A DNA stretch of 59,766 nt, counting the filler, from Sphacelaria rigidula (lineage: Eukaryota): NCBI GenBank assembly GCA_964200075.2. It is 3 parts of 3 records of this genome, joined end to end, with 100 filler letters (N's around TTAATTAATTAA, not from the genome) between each part and the next. Parts side by side here need not be neighbours in the genome. Positions count along the whole stretch, not along the records: positions 1 to 19,874 come from CAXNAA020000598.1; positions 19,975 to 39,822 come from CAXNAA020000599.1; 1 more part is not named here. One strand, 5' to 3'. The notes beneath the pieces were generated by a model that saw only the letters and a list, made by a program, of their open reading frames with translations, had not been told where the DNA came from and made no database searches. Of the stretch, positions 14,527-24,665 are shown in pieces. The first letter of the stretch is position 1; the number at the start of each line of letters is the position of its first letter. A program made the position numbers and the translations under genes.

Positions 14527-17500
14527 CTTCACATTACGCCTTCCGCGGTCACAGGCTAACTACCCCATGCTAGGGTAAAATAAAAATCATAAAGTAAATT
14601 GGACCCAGAAACAATTCACACAGACGCGACACAAAATAAACGAAAACAATATAAAAAATACTAGAAAAAAGAAGAAAAAAGAGGAAAAGAAAAAGGACTA
14701 CTGCTAGCCCTCTAAGTTCTCATGTCATATGCGACCATTCGGGCTACTGGAGGCAGGACCCATAGGCCCACTCAACACGCGAGGCCAAACAGGAAGGGAG
14801 CCAAACTCGAGAGCCACGATCAGCAGCCAAAGCGATAGGAGTCGTAAGGTTCTAACCTTGCACCTCTAGAGGGACAGCTATGCGTACCAATATACTAGGC
14901 ATAACCGGAAGAGCACCACATAACAACACACACCACCTCGGGGGGAGGGGTGCCTTGGAGTCAGCAGTTAGTAGAAAAAAAATACAAATACAAGGGGAGA
15001 TGATGGGGGTCCTGTTACTTCCGCCATCTGAACTGTATTACTTTCTTCACGCGTTTGCATACATACGCTACTTTATACCCGGAGGCGTCAAAATGTCCAG
15101 CGCATACGGTATTTCCGTTGTCTCGCAGGGGGGGGGGGGTGGAGTGGGAAAAATAGCTGCTTCATTCTCAGCAAACTGGCGGCTTCGCGGCAAATGCAAC
15201 TGGTGCTCATATGCTGTCAGATTTCAGCTCACGCATTCCAAGCGCACTGTGCGGTATTATGGTAGAAGTGGAAAATTGTGGAATCGGCGTCCTCGCAGAT
15301 TATTGGTGGTCTCAAAATTATGTGCACTAGGTCTATGAAACCCAAACACAACACATGGAATTGAGAAAAGATCGGATGCTCCAGACACTAGAGTTAAAGG
15401 GATCCATAGGTGCCTTGACACCCGTGAAAATGTACAAACGTAATGATCTACGACTGCTATGTACTACAGGGGCCTTTCAGTGGAGAACGGGGGCATTCAA
15501 GTCGACGACGGAGGGCTCATGGTATCCGACGGCGGCGCGACCATATCTAATTCTTCGGCGAGCGATGATATTTTGGCCCTCTCCGCGACGAGTGAGTGAA
15601 GGCGGGGTATAGTTGAAGAATATCGTTTCTTTCCGCGAAGCTTCCTGTTCGGGCACTTCAAAACCTGGTGCCATTGTTTGACAGTCGCCCGATAGAATGG
15701 CGCGCCCACGTGAACATCGATAGAATAGAGTAGTGCATCACATCATACACGGCACAAGGAATCGTGCCCCGAAATGATGTGGGTAATATCAGATCTATCA
15801 GCACACATCGGACGTATATCGATGAGCACGCACATGAGCCACTTCCTCGTGATTCATTAATGAGAATTGGGAACACCCAGTATCACACTGGATTGGCTAC
15901 GTTTTTGCGAGCAACGCTGCCAACCGTTCCTCGTTTCTGTTGTCGATTTGCATTGTGTGCATGTGATACCCTCCGGTGGATATTTGCGGCGGCTATGTCC
16001 CACCAAAAGGAATACACGTTGTGTGTGTCATACTCCAATGTGTGTGTGTGTGTGCGCGCGCGCGTGTGTGTGTATGTGTGAAAACATTCGTCGGATTTCC
16101 AGCGTGTGACCGTACTGTAGAACCGGCTTTGACCTATAAGAACAGAAATGTGGAGTCTCATCCGCATCTTTCCCGGCATATCTAATGCCAAAGAGGCTAC
16201 TACCGTCACGTCGCTGTAGCGCGTGGTGCATCCAGGCGCGTCACGTGTGCCGGACATGAAGCGATGCTTGGGTATCTCTCGGCATACAGCTTCCGGTGGG
16301 CGTGTGAGTTTGTCGAGATATTTATCCTTACATGTCACCCGTGCTCTCTAGCATTGGCATCAGTGCCGGCCCCGAACCTAAGGAAGACCGGGTTTCACCC
16401 GCGAAGCAAAAAACACAACTTCATGGTGTATGCTGAGGGTTGTTGTGAACAATCTTTTCGACAGATTGAGTGTCCAACATCTGATGGAGAGGGGGCTTTT
16501 CAGCCCATTTTTACTGTACCTGGAAAAGAAGCGCAGATGGTGCCGATTCCATAAACGGGCTCCATTTGTGGAATCGGCACCATTTTTACTTGAAAAATTC
16601 CTGCGTGACCCAGTTAACCGACTCTGGCGGTCAAAGCTAACGTTCCGAAGAGTAAGTCGTTGGAATTATAACCCGAAGTCAAACAAACACCCATATTCCA
16701 TCATTTGAAATCGTGACGGCTTCATACGTGACACTCGCATTCAATGCATTATTAATAGTCGGAACGACACTTTTTGGAATGTGCCAAGTTGTGCGAGGTA
16801 TAATCGGAACCTGCTGAAAGTACAACGGCGCGTTCATGAGGGGAATGTTGTGATGGGTGATGTCGCCATTCCTCTTCTTCTCAATTTTCGTTCAATGAAA
16901 CGTATCGTTCCGATTAATACTCGTATAGCTAGTGACTTCCACGTTTATAAGTGTTCCGCAGAGGTCACTCGTATAAACTCTTTGACCGCTGGGGTAGGTG
17001 ATCTGTTGAATCGGCACCATTTACACACCTGAAATTCAGACATTTTAGTGTTTCACCCGTGGACGGAACAGATGAACGCAACGTCTTTCTGTCGAAAGTC
17101 CACATTCAATCAAATGGTCGACACTCAATCTCGCGAAAAGGTTGTACAGTTCTACGAGGGGCGCCACGCCGGTGAACACGGGATCTTACAAATTGGGGAT
17201 GGATCTTTCATGGGGGATGAGAAACCCGGAGAAATAAAATCTTCGTATCCACACCAAATCGTCGAAATATGGTTCCATTTCTTCACCTACTGATAGTTAT
17301 TGACAACTACTACGTGCCGCAGAAGTTTGGATTTCGATCACCGAAATGTTGGGGTCCCAGGTGAAAAACCGATTTCGGAACCATTTTGGTGTCGGTTCGG
17401 ACACCCGAAATTCCCCGGAATTGTTTTTTCACCTAGGATCCCAACATTTCGGCGATCGGAATCCAAATTTCTATGGCATGTAGCAGTTGTCAATAGCTAT

Positions 17501-19874
17501 CAGTAGGTGAAGAAATGGAACCATATTTCGACGATTTGGTGTGGNNNNNNNNNNTCATCCCCAACAAAAGATCCATCCCCAATTTGTAAGATCCCGTGTT
17601 GGTGGCGGTGGGTCATCGCAAGTCGTTGCGAGTAGCTTGTCATATTTTGGGAACGTGCTTCGATGATCCCTAGCGAAGTAACAATCCTGTCGCACACAAT
17701 GCGTATAACTCCACAAAGATACTGCAAGCGTCAGAAACGGGAAGCGCCAAACGACGGAACTTCGAGAATGCGTGAGCTAACGCCCCAACCCGAGAACCCC
17801 AGACACTGCTGCGAACGCACTGCTACAATGGTGCAACGCTGTCTTTTGCTTAAATCAGGCACAGGATTTGTGGGCAACGTCATCTCGCTTGGGGCAGCGA
17901 CAACTTCGTCGACGTCATACAATCATATCGAGGCGCAGGATGATTCGTCCGTGGTGTTTTCAGTTCGGGGTGATGGCCAAGTAAGTACTGTTTGGGAAAC
18001 GCAGGGACGAAGATGTGCACCACCCATTCTTCAATTTTTCAAAAGTCGAAACACTACACGTTTCCGAAGCTGTATACATCTCGATGACGTGGCCGGTAGG
18101 TGCTTGCACATGCTTCGCAATCCCTACCTTCCGTCGCTATGTGTTTCAAGTTGAGGTGCTCGGACCATCCCACTGGAAGGGTTTTAGCCGAAACTTCATG
18201 CGGCAACGATCTTTCGCGTCGCCACCCGAAAATAGAGCAAAAGCGCGAACTTGCGTAGGATCAACGCCGCGATGGCTCCCCCCCAAATCGGCCCCAAAAC
18301 TGTGACGAAAAAAGTGGGCATACAGCGCATGGTAGCTGGTTTCAGACTGCAACAAGCGCCTCATTTGGGCATATCGGCGAGAACGATTCCAAGCGCGTAG
18401 GAGTTCCCATGCTCGGCTTTTGCCATTTTGATTCACGAGTAGATTTTGCCTCCTCAAACGAGCCAGGTTTCTGGGGGGGGGGGGGGATAGTCGGCGTTAC
18501 AGGTGCAACGGTTTCACGGTCGGGCAGGGGGGGTCTCCTCGTAACATGNNNNNNNNNNGTTGTGCCCTTGCTCGGTTTTTCCTATTTGGTTCCCGGAGGG
18601 GATTTTCCCCCCCCAAACGAGCGGGGTTGGGGGGGGGGGGGGGGGTATTGCGGCATCACTCGTAGCGTGATGGACGGTACAGGCAGCGTAGGTCACCATG
18701 TAACATGTATTGTTTCTCAGACGTTAACGGAATAGTGTTGTTTTATTTCAATTCCGCTCCCTCCACGCGACGACGTTGGTCTTCCGCTAACATGGTCGTG
18801 CCATGTACTCTACGGTCGCGTGCTGCACGCTGCCGTTTCGTGTGGCCTTCACTAAATATCCTAATTGGGTGCTATTTGATCGTCCTGCACATGTTACTGT
18901 TTCCAGACGACTATTGCGGACGGAGATCTCATCATCACTTTGGGGGACGAGACAATATCCGCGGGCGATCTATTTGTCTCAAATGGGTCGATCACAGCGA
19001 AAAACGGAACTTTAACCATAGCTGGTATCACTAGTTCCGCTGTGGTAACCGTGGAAGATGACATACATTGCACTGGAAATATCACGGCTGCAACGGGTCT
19101 GCTAACGATCGAAGGAATAACGAGCTCAGCAACAGTAGAGGTAACCTCTGGAGGCGCACAGATCGTCGGAACCCTGACCGTGGTATCAGGAGGTGCGATC
19201 ATATCTGCTGGGGGATTGAACATACAAGCGGGCGGAGAAACGATAGATAACGGTGACCTCGACATTCTTAACGGCAATCTTGGTGTGAGTGGGACCACTA
19301 CATCTACTGGCCTGATCACGGCCACCGCAGGAATCACCTCCGCCGGCGACATCACCACCACCAGCTCCGGCAACCTACTTGTGGACGGGACCACCACGTC
19401 GACTGGTCTGCTCACCGCCTCAAACAACCTGCAGGTCGACGGAACCACAACTTCCACTGGCTTGATCACGGCCACGGCAGGAATCACCTCCGCCGGCGAC
19501 ATCACCACCACCAGCTCCGGCAACCTACTCGTGGATGGCACCACCACCTCTACTGGCCTGCTCACAGCCTCAAACAACCTGCAGGTCGATGGGACCACAA
19601 CCTCCACTGGCTTGCTCACAGCCTCAGACAACCTGCAGGTCGACGGAACCACCACGTCTACTGGCCTGATCACGGCCACCGCAGGAATCACCTCCGCCGG
19701 CGACATCACCACTACCAGCTCCGGCAACCTACTGGTGGACGGAACCACCACGTCTACTGGCCTGCTCACAGCCTCCGACAACCTGCAGGTCGATGGAACC
19801 ACAACGTCGACTGGCCTGATCACGGCCACCGCAGGAATCACCTCCGCCGGCGACATCACCACCACCAGCTCCGG
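4629..19874 (+). CDS. Secreted mastigoneme-type (Sig1/Ocm-like) EGF protein fused to a Thr/Gly beta-repeat fibre; 3' end lost in assembly gap
   Basis: Manually spliced, all GT-AG and phase-consistent: 4629-4848, 7674-7826, 9169-9363, 9550-9670, 10021-10145, 12221-12397, 13358-13554, 14292-14398, 15470-15591, 17859-17980, 18907->19874. Hydrophobic leader ([11 protein letters not shown]), then [108 protein letters not shown]; then two VFxVRGDG modules and repeats. Family assignment is by motif recognition, not a search. Confidence 0.85.
5360..5887. mobile_element. MITE-like element with ~30-bp imperfect inverted repeats in intron 1
   Basis: CAAAACTGCACGCCGTTTTTAGGAGTTAGGCC (5360-5391) versus GGTCTAGCTCCTTAAAACGGCGTGAAGTTTTG (5856-5887). 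Confidence 0.55.
11561..11776 (+). repeat. Dispersed repeat, copy 1 (intron 5)
   Basis: Homologous to the reverse complement of 18278-18487 (GAGGCAAAAT..AAAAGCCGAGCA..TTCTCGCCGAT..ATGAGGCGCTT..GCGCTGTATG..TTTTTTCGT). Confidence 0.75.
12398..12454 (+). repeat. GTGTGTGTCATACTCCAAT-(GT/GC)n element, copy 1
   Basis: 24-mer GTGTGTGTCATACTCCAATGTGTG is identical at 16021; both copies are followed by GT-rich microsatellite. Confidence 0.8.
12677..12730. repeat. (CTG)n microsatellite, intronic
   Basis: Direct reading of the sequence. Confidence 0.95.
14161..14235. repeat. ~75-nt poly-C tract upstream of the exon 8 acceptor
   Basis: Direct reading; interrupted by one A. Confidence 0.9.
14493..14700 (-). 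mobile_element. 5'-truncated LINE 3' end with (CAA)n tail, antisense in intron 8
   Basis: Minus strand reads T-rich tract..GCCTGTGACCGCGG..AATGTGAAGA(CAA)n, mirroring the 3' end of the RTE at 24420-24665 (T-rich..TGTGACCACGG..AAGTGCGA(CAAT)n). 5' boundary approximate. Confidence 0.5.
16021..16080 (+). repeat. GTGTGTGTCATACTCCAAT-(GT/GC)n element, copy 2
   Basis: Identical 24-mer to the copy at 12398. Confidence 0.8.
17175..17600. repeat. ~425-bp imperfect palindrome (foldback element or hairpin RNA precursor) in intron 9
   Basis: Left arm 17175-17393 is the reverse complement of right arm 17400-17600, with a ~6-nt loop. The ORF track shows the same peptide on both strands. 10 Ns lie in the right arm. 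Confidence 0.9.
18278..18487 (-). repeat. Dispersed repeat, copy 2 (intron 10), inverted relative to copy 1
   Basis: Reverse complement aligns by eye with 11561-11776. Confidence 0.75.
19273..19874 (+). repeat. Coding tandem repeat of 18-aa and 32-aa units (54/96 bp) with a 6-residue period
   Basis: Units [18 protein letters not shown] and (N/D)[31 protein letters not shown]; order 32-18-32-18-18-32-18-32, running into the gap. Confidence 0.95.
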
Positions 19875-19974
19875 NNNNNNNNNNNNNNNNNNNNNNNNNN
19901 NNNNNNNNNNNNNNNNNNTTAATTAATTAANNNNNNNNNNNNNNNNNNNNNNNNNNNNNNNNNNNNNNNNNNNN
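19875..19974. other. Artificial contig spacer N44-TTAATTAATTAA-N44
   Basis: Exactly 100 nt; the central 12-mer has stop codons in all six frames. Confidence 0.95.
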
Positions 19975-20374
19975 ATAAAGGCAAGCGCCGCAGAAGGAAG
20001 GTGGGGAACTAAAAAAGAAAAAAAAAAAACTCCTGTGTGACCCCGGCTGATGCGCTCACATATCCCGAAAGGGGAAGACTAGCGCCCAGAATATATGGAA
20101 CGACAACACACACAGTTTACGTAGTGGGTCATACAGACAGTGCTGACGTCCAGTCTCAACCCTGCAGCTTCGGAGTTCTACCCTAGACGGTGAACCCAAT
20201 CGAATGCCGCAGCTGCATCGTTTTACCCGGCAGTGAGACACTGTCACGGGAAGCACGTTGATGGAGATGAGGCACGTGTGAGTAAGTACCAGATTCGGCG
20301 GACTGGAGATAGCGGTCGACGCGGGATGAGAAGGCTGTAACCTCCCCGCGAGATTAACAAGCGAGGTAAATACC

Positions 20375-23300
20375 GTGATAGACGTGCCAAAGAAAACTCG
20401 GAACAGAAACGAGCTCGTCCGTAAAATTAGAAGGCGGAACACTCCAAAAAGGAGAGCAGAGCAAAGAGAAAGACGCGTGAATATAGAGAAGGCTGAAGCT
20501 AGGACGCGTAGTGGGGAGCTCACAGTGGCTAACTATAACGTCCGTACACTGTCCCTCCCGGGAAAGAACGGAGTTGGCCATGCTGAGATGGTCCTGCAAA
20601 AATGTCAGGCAATCGGATGTGACGTCATCGGCCTACAAGAAACGAGCGGTCCAGGTCGAACGGAATTTTATGGGGCGGTATATTGTGTCTTCTGTTGCGG
20701 GGCGGAGGGGGGCAAGGGAAGGGCTGGCCAACATGGGGTTGAGTTGGCGATCAAGGAGCCGATCATCAGCAAGGCGACGTGAACTCAGGCACTCATCAGC
20801 GCACGCCATGTGTCGACGACTTTCAACTAGCGGGTAAATCAAATGCTGCAACGTTTGTAGTTGCATATGCCCCCACAAACACTCCACAGTCAAGCTAAGA
20901 GATATATGTGTTCTGGGCTGAGTTAGACAGCATTGCGAACCTGTTCATTTGATTAGACGCTAACGCAGGGACTCGGGTACGAACAGGCGAGGAGGACTGT
21001 GAAAGCTTGGGGGCATACGGCCAGGACTCCCGACCCAACGACAGTAACGGCATCTCTCTGACACAACTTGCAGCCAACAACAGGCTTGTCCTGGTCAACA
21101 CGTTCGTTTTCACCCCCAAGGGAATCACCTCGCGTACGTACAATGGTATTGGGGATCGCCCCGCGGACAAAAAACGCATTGATTACATCCTCAGACGGTA
21201 ACGCGGGCTTGTCCGCAATGCCACCGTCCACCTTCACATCCCCAACTCGCTGGACTTTGACCACAACATCGTGTGCGCCTCAGTGCGACTCCTTGGTCGC
21301 TTCGCACACAACAGACCTAGACGAATCCCCATTGGACGTACACCGATCGACAGATGACCATTAATATCTGACCCAGACAGACGTGAGCAGCTCACCCAGC
21401 TCATCATCAGCGAGCTCAAACAAAGTATACCTGGCGAAACAGTTAGTTCACTGGCTATGAACTTTGCCGACGTACTCTTGAGTGCCGCTGAAAAGGTGGT
21501 ACTCCGTCTGACGCGAAAGCCACGTATACCGGGGGGGTTTGAGGATGCTACCATCCGAACAGAGTTCGAACAGCCCTGGAATGAGAGGAAAAGGGCGGGC
21601 TCAACGGTGCGACAGGGACCATCACGAGATTAACCCGCATGGCGCACAATGCGAGCAGCGTGCAAAAAAACTCAAAGTGATCCAGGTTGTGGTGGACAAA
21701 TATATGGATGTGTATGCTAGAGAATTGGAGGAGTATACTCGAGCGGGGAACATGAAAGGATGGTACAGACATGTCAATGGAGGGTGGAGACTGTCTGGAC
21801 GACCAATCGAGAGTGAGCAGTACACTTGAGATGGGACAGCAATACACTGCGGGACAAGAAATTGATCAGTGGGAGATGCGAATGATACTTCTTCACATTG
21901 CTGAATGCCATATCGGCAACTATCGACCAAACCGTCATCGACCAGATTGCACAAAGACCGATAGCGCTACGACTAGGAGACCTGCCAAGCACAAGTGAAC
22001 CTGACGAGGATCTGAGAGCTATGTGGAACGGCAAAGCAACGGGTCCGCATAGTCTGCCTGCTGAACCCCTGGAGGTTGGACTCAACGGGGAGGCGCCGGA
22101 AATTATGTACCACTTCCACAGTATCGTCTCTGCGGTTTGGATATCTGGCGAGGTGCCGCAGGAATGGAAAGATGTCACTATCAAAGTGCTGCACAAAGAA
22201 ATAAAGGACCGAGTGTGGCACCTATACAGCAATGGTACGGTATGGGTTGCATTTTTCGTGTATGGGTCTCTTTTTCGTAGGAGCTCAAATATATGGGGCT
22301 TACTGTGCAACCCAAATCTCCGGGGGGCGGACCCCTAGAGACATGGCGTTTGCACGCAGGGGCCTCTCTTTCGTGAATTAGCATTATTTTCAGTCTTTTT
22401 CAATAAAAGTGATGCCGATTGTCAAAATGATCCATCCATCACCCCGAGCAGTCCCGAGAAACGTTTTCACTAAAAAAGTGCAACCCCTTCCGTAGGCATT
22501 TCACTTGTGGCACATGCTGCTAAAGCTCTCCTCAAAATCGTAGCCAACAGGCTCGGTAATTTCTGTGAGGAAACAGATGTCTTCCCGGAAGAGCAGTACG
22601 GATTTAGGCGCCAACGATCGACCACCGACATGATGTTCGTAGTACACCGACTTCAGGAGTTGGGATGGGCGAGCAGCGTCCCACTAAACACGTGCTTTAT
22701 CGATCCGCAGAACGCCTGCGATTCCATAGACAGCACGCTCCTGTGGGAAGTCCTTGCTGGGTTCGAAGTCCCGCCGCGAATGATCACGATCATCCGTATG
22801 TTTCACGACGGCATGCGAGCTCGGGTACAGCTAGATGGTGGCGAACTATCAGCGTGCTTCCACGTCTACCAGGGACTCAGGCAAAGTTGCGTTTCGTCCC
22901 CAGTGTTGTTCAACATCTTCGGAGCAGCCCTGGTGGACGTGATCGTACAGCGGTTCGCGGTGGACCCAGTCATCGTCTCAGACTTGGTTATAGTGTATGA
23001 TGCGCCAAAAGTTAACGGTGGTGAACCCGTTGAAGAGACGCCGCTGGAAAAGGCGCAACGCGCGGTGGGGGCAATGCTTGATACGGACGACGCCGGCATA
23101 GCCTCGAGGATCTCAGGGGGCCTTGCACGAATGATGGTCATGGTAGTGGTGAACTGCCCGGAATTCGGCCTGATGGTCTCCGAGAGCAAGACGAGGCAAT
23201 AGTCCATGCGCCTTTGGTCAGTACCCAGACTCACGGAGGCCGCCCTGCACATCGAAGCTGCCGGTCAAGGGTATAAGCAGCCGGGGAAGTTCATCTACCA

Positions 23301-24626
23301 TGGCGGTGCTATCAGCGCGGATGCGAAAATGTCCATCGAAACCAACCGCTGTATCAGCGCGGCGTGGGCGTGTATACGAAAATGTAGCTTCCAACACTAC
23401 GACCGACCCAACGCCCAGCTATCCTTGAAAGTCCGGCTGCTTAAAGCGGTGGTGGTGGAAGCTCTGTTGTGCGGATGTGCCACAAGGGCGTTACGTTCTG
23501 AGGACTTCGACAGTCTGGGGACTGCCCATCACAAGTTCTTGCTGCGACCAGTTGGATTCCACAAGAAAGGTCGAAACGGACACAATACCCTTTTGTGCAG
23601 AGCGGTGCTCGAGATGACCAACTGCTGGAACGTATCGAGACGGCTATCTGCAAACGTCAAGTCTGGCTCGCGGGAGCCCTTGTCGGGCAGAAGGAAGCAC
23701 GCCTTCCTAAGCGCATTATGAACGAACGGTGAACCGCACGAGGGCCCAACGAAGCCGGCCGCCCCCCCCCAAGCAACGGGAGGAAAACCTTCAGGAGAAC
23801 CTACGTACACTCGGAGCGGTTACGCACAAAGGAGCACGGCGGAAATAGTTCGTCTACGGTGTGGAGGTTGAAGATGCATACGATTGGGTCACTGCAACGA
23901 AGAACATGGGCAAATGACATATTGGAGTCGAAACAGGAGCGGAAGAGTTTGAGGACACGTAGCAAAGCGCGGAAAAACGAGGATCGGACCGCCGTCACAA
24001 ACTGGAGGCTGTTGCCACCAGGGCCGTCAATCGAGGGATCCTGTCTGCACCTATCGGTTGTTAATTGTGTCCTTAGTCAGTGGCTCTACGATGCCCCCTG
24101 GTGTGTGTCTGTGTCTACTCTGCTGCCCTGAATTCGTTGGGGTTCATTTCTGTAGTCTCCTTCCCTGGTCTCCCTTCTCCCCGTCTTTCTCTATATGTAT
24201 GTGTTCTTTCCTGCCAGTGTATGGTGTATGCTAGAGCAATGTGGTACCTCGCTTCATTTTTTGTCTTCGTGGATGAGAGGGCACATGCCTTAGATAGAGT
24301 CTTTGTAGTAGATGAGCTGCAGTCTTTTCTTTTCCACGACCTCTTGTTTTCTACCACTGGGTATGGGTATGGTTCTGCGCAAAACCTTGTGCGCCGAAGC
24401 CATGTGGCAGAGACCGGCCTTTTCTTCTCTTTTCTTTTCTTTTCATATCTTTTCTTTTCGTTCTCTTTTTTTCTTTTCTTTATTTTACGTATTAGTCTAT
24501 TATGTTGTTCTGTTCTACTTTATTTTATTTTTTCTCTTCAACGAGCGTTTCACTTTCGTTTTGTCTTGGGTACGTACGTCTGTCATGTGACCACGGCTTG
24601 ATCACTGGGGGGTCAGTCAAAGTGCG

Positions 24627-24663
<37 letters not shown>

Positions 24664-24665
24664 TC
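20375..24665 (+). mobile_element. Decayed, near full-length RTE-type LINE (AP endonuclease + reverse transcriptase) with (CAAT)n tail
   Basis: EN motifs: NYNVRTL, DVIGLQET, AYAP, DANA, IDYIL, DHN. RT motifs: GISLVAHAAK, PEEQYGFR, GLRQSC..SPVLFNI, YADD degraded to DTDD. Multiple stops and frameshifts; T-rich 3' UTR; (CAAT)n at 24628-24665. 5' boundary approximate. Confidence 0.9.
22236..22494. mobile_element. ~260-bp TIR element nested in the RTE reverse transcriptase region
   Basis: TACGGTATGGGTTGCATTTTT ... AAAAGTGCAACCCCTTCCGTA imperfect TIRs; it splits the conserved ECGxY|RGISL motif. Confidence 0.7.

Noticed and set aside
17048-17727. Duplicated small protein on opposite strands
   Set aside because: Consequence of the DNA palindrome; intronic, with no coding evidence.
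18894-19865. 323-aa minus-strand Val-rich ORF
   Set aside because: Antisense shadow of the Thr/Gly repeat exon; the + frame has a splice acceptor and shows synonymous-only variation.
19273-19874. CRISPR-like or non-coding satellite array
   Set aside because: No unique spacers; units are multiples of 3 and in frame with a spliced gene.
19919-19930. TTAATTAATTAA as a biological motif
   Set aside because: Centred in Ns and repeated identically at 39867; an assembly linker.
22507-23721. Active reverse transcriptase or retron/DGR-type system
   Set aside because: RTE-LINE motifs with an upstream AP endonuclease, YADD mutated to DTDD, stops and frameshifts.
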